IMG/VR virus record: IMGVR_UViG_3300013901_000013 | Coordinates: 25,592 to 89,591 of that record | DNA: 64,000 nt | Direction: 5' to 3' (one strand) | Origin: a virus | Taxonomy: Duplodnaviria > Caudoviricetes | In this document: piece by piece, positions 18,835 to 30,000 of the stretch | How positions within the stretch are numbered: the stretch's first letter is position 1 | Layout of the letters: each line of letters opens with the position of its first letter | The notes under the pieces: generated by a model | Databases searched by the model: none | The model's input: the letters and a program-made list of their open reading frames with translations, nothing else | Told to the model about the DNA's origin: nothing | Made by a program: the position numbers and the translations under genes

Positions 18835-20310
18835 ATGGCGGAAATAAGTTTTGACGAATATTTTAATTTTCCAGATACTTATAAACAAAATTTAATAGAC
18901 AATACTAAGATTATCAAAGAAAAAATTTCTTCACTAAATAGAATTAATTCTGACGAATATACAAAATTAGAAGATTATTTAAATAGTATTTTTTATCCTT
19001 CAGAAGATAATGCCGATGGAATAACTTATAGTAAACAGTTTATGGATAGGTTGCGGTCTTTATATGAGGCTAAAACTGATAAAATTATTACAAGTGATAT
19101 TGGTGATTTAACTTATAAGGCTTTAAATAAAAAACCAACTTTAGATAGAAGTACTAATGTACATAGAGCCTCTTTAAGAACTATGAAAACTCAATATGAT
19201 GCAATAGTTAATATAATTAATAATTTAGCTAATACAGAGAATGCTAAAGAGATTCAGGCAGTTTTAGATGAAGTTAATAAACAATATGGTAACGTTTTAG
19301 CTATCATTGAAGATGTATTAAAAACCTATGAAGATGAGGGTGAAACTACCCAAATTGGTAAAGGTATTGTCAAAAAACACGGCGGAGATTTTGAAAAAAT
19401 AAATGAAGCACAGAACGGATTGAGAGCTTTATATAATACTTTTAATAATGCTGGATTAATTATACTTCCTATAGACTATGGAGATTTTCTTGAATATGGT
19501 TTAGGTTTACTTTCAAATGAAATGGCTGAAGTAACAGATAATTTTGAAGATGAAGTTATTGAATATATGCAAGATAAAATTGTATTGGGCGGTCAAAATG
19601 TTGCACGTGGCGGTGGCTTAGTAGATGTAGATATGTCTATTAAATCTGACTTTAAGAAGAAAACAAAAAAAACTGAAAGCGGCGCAACTAAAATATTTTG
19701 GCAATATCAAAATATTACTCTTAGTTATGACCCATCTAATGTGACAGTTTTAAATACTGGCGTTAAAAAGCAGGGTAAAGTTGATGTAATGCTGACATTA
19801 CCAGATGCAATGGGTGGTGAAAAATTTAGGATTTCCGCAAAAAACTGGAAAACGATAGATGAATTAAGAAATTTAGGTTCTACTTCACTTCTGGATGCTA
19901 TTCATAGAAATGTAGGAGATTCAGGTTTAGATTATTACATGCTATCAATGCAAAATCCTCAAGAAGTTTATATGCAAGCTGCGGATGAGTTAGCTAAGAT
20001 TTGTGCCTTCGCGGATATTGCTATGGGTTTATCTCAAAAAGAAGGATATGCCGATACTTTAGTTATTAATGATAGAAGTGCAAAACATTTATATGTTCGT
20101 AATATTCCACAAATGATATTAGATGCAGTTAATACCAACTTATCCAAATTAGCATTAAAAGGGTATGATGTATCTTCAATAAGTAATGATGCAGAAAACG
20201 CACGAAAAGTTGCTATGAAGTTAAAAGAAGGACGCATTGAAGAGTATTTCAGAATCTTTAGAAGTCAATTAAGAAGTATTGAAGTATCGGTCCAGTTTTT
20301 AGCTCCGTAA
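18835..20310 (+). CDS. Hypothetical protein with possible PD-(D/E)xK nuclease domain
   Basis: GKVDV...FRISAKNW motif in the C-terminal third. Confidence 0.4.
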   Translation: MAEISFDEYFNFPDTYKQNLIDNTKIIKEKISSLNRINSDEYTKLEDYLNSIFYPSEDNADGITYSKQFMDRLRSLYEAKTDKIITSDIGDLTYKALNKKPTLDRSTNVHRASLRTMKTQYDAIVNIINNLANTENAKEIQAVLDEVNKQYGNVLAIIEDVLKTYEDEGETTQIGKGIVKKHGGDFEKINEAQNGLRALYNTFNNAGLIILPIDYGDFLEYGLGLLSNEMAEVTDNFEDEVIEYMQDKIVLGGQNVARGGGLVDVDMSIKSDFKKKTKKTESGATKIFWQYQNITLSYDPSNVTVLNTGVKKQGKVDVMLTLPDAMGGEKFRISAKNWKTIDELRNLGSTSLLDAIHRNVGDSGLDYYMLSMQNPQEVYMQAADELAKICAFADIAMGLSQKEGYADTLVINDRSAKHLYVRNIPQMILDAVNTNLSKLALKGYDVSSISNDAENARKVAMKLKEGRIEEYFRIFRSQLRSIEVSVQFLAP

Positions 20311-20319
20311 TTTAAAAAT

Positions 20320-20348
20320 TTGACTTTGTTATTTTTTTCCGGTACAAT
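20320..20348 (+). promoter_or_regulatory. SigA-type internal promoter
   Basis: TTGACT-17-TACAAT. Confidence 0.75.
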
Positions 20349-20387
20349 TAACATATAAAACAAGTAAAAAAGGAGAAAAAGGTCAGA

Positions 20388-20915
20388 ATGGCTAAAGTAA
20401 CTTTTAACAAATTAAATTTAACTAAAAATACAGAAACAAATATTATTAATATAAATGATAATGAGATAGAAGTTAGACAATATTTACCAGTAGAAGAAAA
20501 ACTTGAATTAATTTCTTATATTGTAAATATGGCGCATGATGAAGATTATAATTTCTCAAATCCTGTAAAAGTTGAAGTATTTGCGGGAATTGGTATTGTT
20601 AAATATTATACTAATATAACATTTACTGAAAAGCAACTTGAAAATCCAGCAAAGATTTATGATTTATTAAATTCAAACAATGTTATTAATAATGTTATCG
20701 CGGCAATACCAAGCAATGAATATGATGAGATTCGCGCAGGAATTGAGGAAACTATTAAATCTATTTATCAATATCAAAATAGCGCGCTTGGAATTCTTGA
20801 CACTATTGGTCAGGATTATTCGGATTTAAATCTGGAGGCTGAAAGTATTAATGAAAAACTTAGTAATCCAGATAATATGAAATTGCTTCGTGATGTGTTA
20901 GCCAAATTAGGTTAA
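20388..20915 (+). CDS. Probable tail assembly chaperone
   Basis: 175 aa, directly upstream of the tape measure gene. Confidence 0.55.
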   Translation: MAKVTFNKLNLTKNTETNIININDNEIEVRQYLPVEEKLELISYIVNMAHDEDYNFSNPVKVEVFAGIGIVKYYTNITFTEKQLENPAKIYDLLNSNNVINNVIAAIPSNEYDEIRAGIEETIKSIYQYQNSALGILDTIGQDYSDLNLEAESINEKLSNPDNMKLLRDVLAKLG

Positions 20916-20951
20916 TTATACTACTTTAGAAATTAAATCTAATAGGAGTTA

Positions 20952-20988
20952 AGGGAAGAGTTATTTATTAACTCTTCCCTCTTTTTTT
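20952..20988 (+). terminator. Rho-independent terminator
   Basis: AGGGAAGAGTTA/TAACTCTTCCCT stem plus T tract. Confidence 0.85.
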
Positions 20989-21041
20989 ATTTTGCGCAAG
21001 ATAAGAAGAGAAATTAACGGAGAGAAAGGAGTAAAATAAAA

Positions 21042-24000
21042 ATGGCTAAAAAGTTGAATGTTGAGTTAGGTTTTTCGGTTAATAATTCATCTGCTAAAAA
21101 GCAAATAGATGATTTAATTAATCAGCTTCAAAAAATTCAAACAACTCCTTCTAAAGTTTTTGATGACAAAGATTTAAAAGATGCGAGTAAAGCCGCACAA
21201 GAATTACAACAGCATATTAAAAATGCTGTTAATACTGATACAGGTAAGTTAGATTTAACTAAATTTGCTACAAGTTTAAATAAATCTAATACTAATCTTG
21301 AACATTTTAGAAAAGAACTTGAAAAAGCGGGTACTAGTGGAACTAATACATTTTCAAGTTTGGCAAATGCAATAGCGCAAGCCGATGCACCAATGGTAAA
21401 ATTAAATGGTCGTTTAGGGGAATTTGTAACAACTTTAAAGAATTCCGCAAGATGGCAGATTTCCTCAAATATTTTACATGGATTTGAGAGTGCTCTTGGT
21501 TCTGCTATTGGATATGCGAAGGACTTAGACGAATCTTTAAATAATATTCGTATTGTAACTGGTAAAAGTACAGATGATATGGCTGCTTTCGCTAAAGAAG
21601 CTAATGAAGCTGCAAAATCATTAAGCACAACTACCACAACTTATACTGATGCCAGTTTAATTTACTACCAGCAAGGTTTATCTGACGAAGAAGTAAAAAA
21701 GAGAACTGATATTACTGTAAAGATGGCAAATGCCGCAAAAGAAAGTGCAGAAGAAGTTTCTCAATATATGACTGCAATTTGGGAGAACTATGCAGATGGT
21801 TCAGAATCTCTTGAATCATATGCGGATAAAATTACAGCTTTAGGTGCTGCAACCGCATCAAGTTCTAAAGAAATTGCAAATGGTCTTGAAAAATTCGTTG
21901 CTGTTGGTGACCAAATTGGTTTATCATACGATTATGCAACTGCTGCATTAACTACTATCTTGGCTAAAACTCGTCAAAGTGAGGATGTAGTAGGTACTGC
22001 ATTAAAGACAATTTTCGCTCGTATCCAAGGTTTTAATTTAGGTGAAACTGCGGATGATGGTGTTACATTAAATAAGTATTCATCTGCATTAAAAGCTGTT
22101 GGTGTTGATGTATTAGATGTTAATGGCGAAATGAAAGATATGGATACTATTCTTGACGAATTAGCATCTAAATGGGGCACTTTAGGTAAAGCGCAACAAA
22201 ATGCTTTGGCACAGACTGTAGCAGGCGTTCGCCAATATACACAACTAGTTTCTCTTATGGATAACTGGGATTTCTTTAAAGATAATCTTAAAACCATAGA
22301 AGACTCTGAGGGTGCATTACAAGAACAACAAGATATTTATGCTGAAGGATGGGAAGCTGCAAGAAAAAGAGTTAAAGCTTCTTGGGAAGGTTTATATGAT
22401 GATTTAATTGATGAAAATAGTATTGAGAAATTAGATAATGCTTTGGCTGATGTTCTTGACACTCTTGGTGGAGTAATTGATGGATTTGGTGGATTGTATG
22501 GTATCTTAACTACTATTGGTGGTTTTGTTGCACAAAAATTCGCTAAAGAAGTTCCAAATGCATTAAATCAAATTACATCTTTTTTATCTTTTAAAACAGG
22601 TAATGCACAAAAAACAGCCCAAGATATTCAAGCTCAAAATGCAAGACAAATGCAAAGTCAAGCCATGAATCAGGCAGGTAGTGAAGATTTGGCGGCAACT
22701 TCGCAGATACAAGGCTTAGCTAAGATTAGTAAAATGAAATCTGAGCTAACCGCAGTTAGTGGGAAATTATCTGAAGCTGAAAAAGCAGAATATCAACAAA
22801 GAATAGAAAGTACTCAATCTATTTATGGTATGATTACTGCGCAAGCAAAATCTATTCAGCAATCTAAACAAGAATTGCAGGCAAGTAAAGAAAAGATAAT
22901 TAAAAATGCTTCTAAAACTACTGTTTCTGATACTGATGAAAATGGACAGAAAAAAACAAATACTAGATATAATGCAGATGTTAAGCAAGAAGAAAAAGAT
23001 GTTACTGAATTAATTGATAAATACGAAGAATTATCTGTTGCTTATGGCCGTATTCAAACAGTTAAAAATAAATTCGGTAAACAATCTGATATTTGGAAAA
23101 ATGAAGAATTAAGCATTGATGAATTAAGAGAAAAAGCTTCTCAAGTATATGATGTTTTAAATATGCTTAATGAAGAGAAGAAATTAAAATTTACAGATGA
23201 AGATGGAAATTCAGTTGAATTAGTAACAGATGAAGCTCTTGCTAACTTAAAACAATTTATAGATGAGGGTCCAAAAGCAAATCAAACCGCAGAGGAATTT
23301 AAACAACAGTTTCAAGAATTGGCAGATACTTTTGCAATGACTAGTGGAACTGGTGTTGATGTTGATTTTGCAGAAGAAATAGGAAAACTCCGAGAAGAAT
23401 TAGATTTACACGACGTAGACACTTCAGCTTTAGATGAGTATATTAAAAAAATAGTAGAATTAACCAATAATCAAGACGGATTAGAACAAGTATTAGGACA
23501 ACAAAATGACGCAGAAGAGGAAAGCATTCAACATACAACTAAACTTTCTGAAGCTTTTGTTTCTATGACTGGTTCTTTATCTAGTGTAGTTGGTGCAGCT
23601 ACTTCTCTTTCTAATGCTTGGCAAATTTTAAATGACGATGAAGCTACAACTGTTGAAAAGATTACTGCAATTATTTCTGCTCTTACTTCTCTTGGATTCG
23701 CTATTCAGAGTGTAGGTCAAGCGGTTACTGTTTTAAAAGATTTGCGTGCAGCGAGTGCTGCAGCATCTGCGGCAAATACAGCAGCTATGACTGCGGAGGC
23801 AGGTAGTGCCGGAATTTTAACTGGTGCTCTTGGTAAATTAAAGACTGCTTTTACTGGAATTGGATTAGCTGGTAGTATTTTTACTGGTGTTGCTGTTGCA
23901 ATAGGCGTGGCTACAACCGCGATTAGTCTTCACAATGATGCAGTACAAAAAAGTATTGATGCAAATAAAGATGCTATTGAAGAAGCTAATCAAAATATTG

Positions 24001-27000
24001 AATCTTATGAAAGCCAAAAACAATCTCTTGATGATTTAGCTAAATCTTATAAAGAAGCTAAAGAGGCTTATGAGACAGATAAAAGTACTGAATCAAGAAA
24101 AGCTTTTGAAGAAGCTGCTAAAGCTTATGGGGATGCTATTAATGAGCAAAATGAAGCTTTAAGAGAAAATGGTATTCATCTTGAAAATGTAACTACTAAT
24201 TTAGATATAGTTACTGGTAAGTATGAAAATATTGAAAGTGCAGCTAAAAAAGCTACCGATGCAATTCTTAAAGAACAAGAAACTGAAGCTAATACAGCTA
24301 AAATTAATGCTGAAGATGAATTTAAAACAGAAATGCGCAAAGGGCGTGGTCATGTTATCGGCGATAAATATACTGCCGAATGGAATAATATGACCTCTTC
24401 TGATGATGATAAAAGTGATGAATATTTAAGGAAGGCTTTTAAATCAGTAAAATCAGATTATGTTAATTATACTGAATATAAAGATGAGTATGGAAATCGA
24501 ACTGGAGATGACCATATTACTTTAAGTTCTACAGAAGATGCTCAAGAAATGGCAAAAGCTTATGCCGATATTCAAGAAGTTATTAAACAGGCCGAAGAAA
24601 ACGCTAATGCAGCTGGTGATGATGCTTTAAAGGCTCTTCAAGATTCTACTACTTATCAGCAATTAACTGATTGGTTAGATAAAGCATCTGAAGGATATAA
24701 AAATCTTACTGATGCTACCGAAAAATATAACTCTATTGCTGGTCAAAGAAAATTATCTGAATTAAATATTTCTGATGATGATATAACTTCTACAAATGAT
24801 TATATAAATGCGGTAAATGAACTTTCAGAATCATTGGCTAAAGAACAATTAGTCAAAGACAAAAAAGATACTGATGAAGAATCGGTCAAAGAAGAAGCTA
24901 AAAATCAAAAGGAATTAGCTGAATCTATTTTAAGTAGTTCTGACGCTTGGTCTGAATACGCTAGTAATTATGAGGCTTTTAAAGAAAAGACTGCGGATAT
25001 TAAAGATAAAGATTGGCTTAATACAATTACTGAATATTATAATAAATTGCCAGAAGAAGATAAGAAATTATTTTTAGAATTTGACTTAGATTTAGAAAAA
25101 TCTGAAAAAAATCTTGATGCTCAAAAGAATGAGCTTAAAGCTTTAGAAGAAAATGATACAGCATCTAATTTTGGTAGTACAATTATTAGTAATGTAAAAG
25201 CTATTAAAAATGGTAAACGTACTGAAGCAGATTATTCAGGTATTGATTGGGGCAATGAGGAACAAGGAATTATTGAATTTAATGAATTTCTTGAAAAATC
25301 AGCTTCTGAGCAAGCTTTATATTTACTTAATTTGAATAGAGAATTAGGTAATAACTTAGAAGAAAATAAAGAAGAATCTCTTAATAATTTAAAGAGTTCT
25401 CTTGCGGAATATCAAAAAGAATATGAAGAAGCAAGTAAATCTGGTGATACAACTACAGCTAATAATTTAGATACTAAAATACAAGAAACTAAAGATGCTA
25501 TTAAAGATTTACAGAATTCTCAAGCAGATTATTCTAATGAAGTAAATGAAGATTTTCTTGATTTATTAAATGATTCTGAAAAATTTGTTACTTTAATGAC
25601 TACTACTCAGCAGTTATCAGGTGATTTACAAACAGAATTAGCTAATATGATAGTTGATTTGGATGGAGCTTCATTAGACCAAAAACTTGAATATTTGTCT
25701 GTAGCCTTTCAAGCCGGCAAAGTAGGAATAGCAGATTTAAAAGGCGCTTTAAGTTCTCTCATTGAAGATGGAGACATGTCTTTAGAGAAATTAAAAGATT
25801 TCTTTTTAAATGAAGATATGTTTAAAGATAGTAAAGAAGCTTTAGAAACCTATCGAGAAAGTCTTGAGCAATTAGCTGCAACTTATGATAACTGTGAAAA
25901 AGAACTATTAGATTATAAGCAAGCTTTATTAACTGGTAATGAAGAAGTAATTGAAGCCGCGCAATCTCAGCTTGAAATGTCAACTAGAGCTGGTGAAGAT
26001 GCTGAAAAATATGACATAGAAGCAGACCGTATTGAAATGCTTGCTAAATCATATTTAAGTGCGGCCGAAGCAACAGATGCGGTTAAGAATGGACAAGCTG
26101 ATGCCGCAGAAATTGCAGAAGATATGGCTCGTGCAGAAATTCGTCTTAATGATGCTATTGATGATTTGTATAATAATTGGGATGATTATGAAAAAATCAT
26201 GGATGTATGTAATGATACATCTGAAGCTGGCGTAGCGACTGCAATAAAAGAAATTTCTACCAATAAAAAATTATCTGCATCATATGCTAATTTAAAAGAA
26301 GATATTGCAGGAATGTTAGATACAACATCTGACCTTTTGGGCGATGATTGGATTGTATCTAATATGAATGATGTTAAAGCTGCCGCAGAAGGTGACGAAG
26401 AGGCTCTTTCCAGATTAAGAGAAAATGCTGTAACAGAAATTCTTGTAAATAGTAATCTTCAAGATTTAGGATATGACGTTGATGCTTTGTCCGAAAAGAT
26501 TAATAATATTCCTGACGGAGAATTAAATTTAGATGATACTCAGTTTGTACAAGAATTAGTTTGGGCAATGCAACAAGCTGGTTTGGCGCAAGATGAGATT
26601 GAATCTAGATTATCTGGAATGGGTATTTCAGTAGACCTTGAACCTCTTGTAGACCAAATGGGACAAGCTATTTCTGTATCGGATGTTATGGGTGGTACTG
26701 CTGGTCAAGCTTTTGCTGATGCATATGCTGCTAGTGCTGGTGTAGATAGTGAAATTACTTCTGAAACAAAGGAAGATAAAGACCAGAAAACAATAACTGG
26801 TTATACTTCTCACCTAGAACCTGTAACTGCTCATGGTAGTATTACAGTTCCTATGATTGACCAACAAGGCCAGCAATATGCTACTATGGTACAAGATTTA
26901 CCTTATGAAGTTTACAGTCAAATTACTGACCCAACCTATACGGAAGCAGAAGACACTAAACAAACTACTACTAATGCTTTAAAGGTCAAATCTGCCAATA

Positions 27001-30000
27001 AACAATCTGGTGGTAATATTTCTATTGCTAATAGACCTGGTGGCTCCAATAGACAGCCAAGAGAAGCTAGAACAAGAACCACAAGAAGCCCTCGTTCAAG
27101 TTCAGGTTCTCGCTCAACCCCAAGAGCAAAAACATTTAGACCTTCTCGTGAGGTTAATGTTTCTGACATTGTTAAAGATGATAAAAAGAAACTTAAAGAT
27201 GAGAAAGAACGTTACCATGTAATTAATAATCAATTAGAAGATATTTCTCATAACTTAAATGATATTGCTCAATTAAAAGATAGAGCATTTGGTAAAAATA
27301 AATTAAATGCTTTAAAGGCTGAAAATAAAGAACTTCAAGCTCAAGCTAAAGCGCAAGCTAAATTAGTTAAAGAAACTGAAAAATATTTAAAGACTGACAA
27401 AGCTGCGGTTCAGGCATTAGGCGCGACTATAGGGTCTGATGGAACTATTACTAATTATGATGCTTTAATGACTAATAAAGTCAAGTCTTATAATAATTCT
27501 GTATTAACTTATGCTAAGATGCAGAAAGCCGCAGAAGATGAATACAATAAAGCAATGCAAGCCGCTACTAATAGATACAACGCTAGTGGTAGAACTGATG
27601 CGGATAGTGCTATTTATGATGCGGCAGCTGAACGAGCTAAAGAACGTAAAGATGAAGCAGATAAAGAGGCAGAGAGATATAAGAAACAAATTGATGAAGA
27701 TTATCAAGATTTTGTTGATAAGATTGACCAATATGAAGAAACTTATGATAAAATGCGTGAAGAGAAATTAAAAGAGCAACAGATTCAAGACCAAATTTAT
27801 GATAATGAACTTGAAACTATTCAATATGAGGTTGAAATTAAAGTTGATGTTGATGAAGATACTCTTAAATTTTTAAATGAACTCTTTGACCAAATGGGTG
27901 ATAGCGCAGATTATGCGGCAGACCGCATTGCCAATTTAACTAAGCAAGCTAAAGCTTATAATAATGAAGCCAAAGCTTATGAGAATGGTATATCTAGTAT
28001 TCTTAAACATGCTGGTGCAGACCAGGAGCTTATCAATGGATTTATTAATGGTAATTTAACTAGTGACCAGATTAAAGAAATGGGAGCTCTTGGATTTACA
28101 GAGGGAGATGCTGAAGCTTTAAGAGACTATAGTGATAAGTTAATTGAACTTAATAAAAATTATAGAGACCTTAGAGATACAATGATTGACCAAGTAAGTG
28201 CGGCATTTGATGAGTATATTGAAAAACTTGAAGATGCTTCTGAGAAAATTGAGAAACTCCAAAAGGTTACTGAAACTTATAAGAGTATTATTGATGTAGT
28301 TGGAAAGCGCATTCTTGACCCTACTGGAAAAGTTACAAAAGCTTTAGATGATGCGGCATTTAATTCCGCAAGAAATTTAACTAAGTCAAATAAAGCTACT
28401 TTAGATTTTGCGGAAAATGCATTAGCTGAAGCTAAGAAAACCAGAGATTCATTAGCTAAACAATATGGTGAGGATAATGAAACTGTTAGAAAATGGGATG
28501 AGCAAGTTAAAGAGCTTGAAGACAAACGTGATGAGGCTTACTCAAATTGGTTAGATGCTTGGGAGGCTGAATGTGAAGCCGCAAGAACTACTTTTGAAGA
28601 TACATTAGAGTCTATTGTAACTAATTTTGAAACTAAGATTTCAGGATTAGCTGGTAGTCTTGATATGTTGAATGATGCTTATGAGCGTCAATCTAAAGTA
28701 GATGAAGTGTATGTTGATGACTATGAGAAGATATATCAATTATCTAAGCTATCAAGAGAAATAAGTAAATCTATTGATGATACGAGTCAAGTAAAAAATA
28801 AAGAGAAATTAAAAAAATTACAAGACGAAATAGTTAAGAAACAAGAGCAAGGCGTAAAATTAAGTCAATATGATTTAGACTATCTTGAGAAAAAATATCA
28901 ATTAGAATTAGCTAGGCAGCAGTTAGAAGAAGCAAAAAATGCAAAAACGCAAGTTACAATGAAACGTGATTCAGAAGGTAATTATGGTTATGTGTATACT
29001 GCGGATGCTAGTGCAGTCGCAGATGCTGAACAGAATTATGAAGATAGACTTCATGAATTACAACAGCTGAATAGTGAGTATATTAAAACTTTACAAGGTG
29101 ATATTATACAAATCCAACAGGATTTAGAGAATGACCTTAAAAATTTTGCAGAGAATTTTAAAGGTACTCAAGAAGAATATGAAAAAGGCGTTGCTGAAAT
29201 TACAGAAAAGTATAAAACTTTAATGGAATATAAACAACAACAAATGCAGAATGTATTAAGTAATAATCGTGATTTATATATGAACGATTGGAAATCATAT
29301 TCTGAAGCAACTGGATATAAGCTATCTGCGGATGAAGATTATCTTGATAAATGGGAAGAAACAAACTACGCTATTATTACTGGATATGGAACCCTTGAAG
29401 ATGCAATGGATGCTTGGCGAGATGGAGTTGACCAAGTAACTAATGATGCTATTCAAGCTTATAAAACTTGGTATGAACAAACTAGCGAAGCTTTAGGAGA
29501 TGGCGGAACTTCCATGGATAATTTCGCTTCTAAAGCTGGAGAAGTTGCAGGTGAAGTTACTGGTCAAACAGATAAAATTGCTGAAAGTGCACAAGAGATG
29601 GCAAAAACCTTTGAAACAAGTTTTGATGGTATTCTTGAAAATGCTAAGACTTTTTCTCAGCAATTTGAGGATGTTATTATGGGAATTATTGATTCTAATA
29701 CAAAACTTGCAGATTCCATTAGAAAAGTATTAGCAGAAGCTTCTAAAGCTTCTAGCTCAACTAATTCTGGTACTAATGGAAGCTATACAGGCGGGACTTC
29801 TGACAGTGTTAGTGGAGGTGGCTCTTCTACTGGCGGTGGTCAAACTGGAAATAGTACAGGAACTGGCGCAGATGCAAGTGGTTTAGATTTCTCTGATGGA
29901 ACTAAAGGCGGCCGAGGCGGTAGAAGAGGTAGTAAAACAACTAAGCTTGATAATAAAACTAAATATGGTGTTGCTTTAGCTATTATTGAAGGTACTTATG

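Noticed and set aside
20388-21041. Programmed -1 frameshift giving a G/GT-type tail chaperone
   Set aside because: No convincing slippery heptamer with an open downstream frame; a terminator follows the gene directly.
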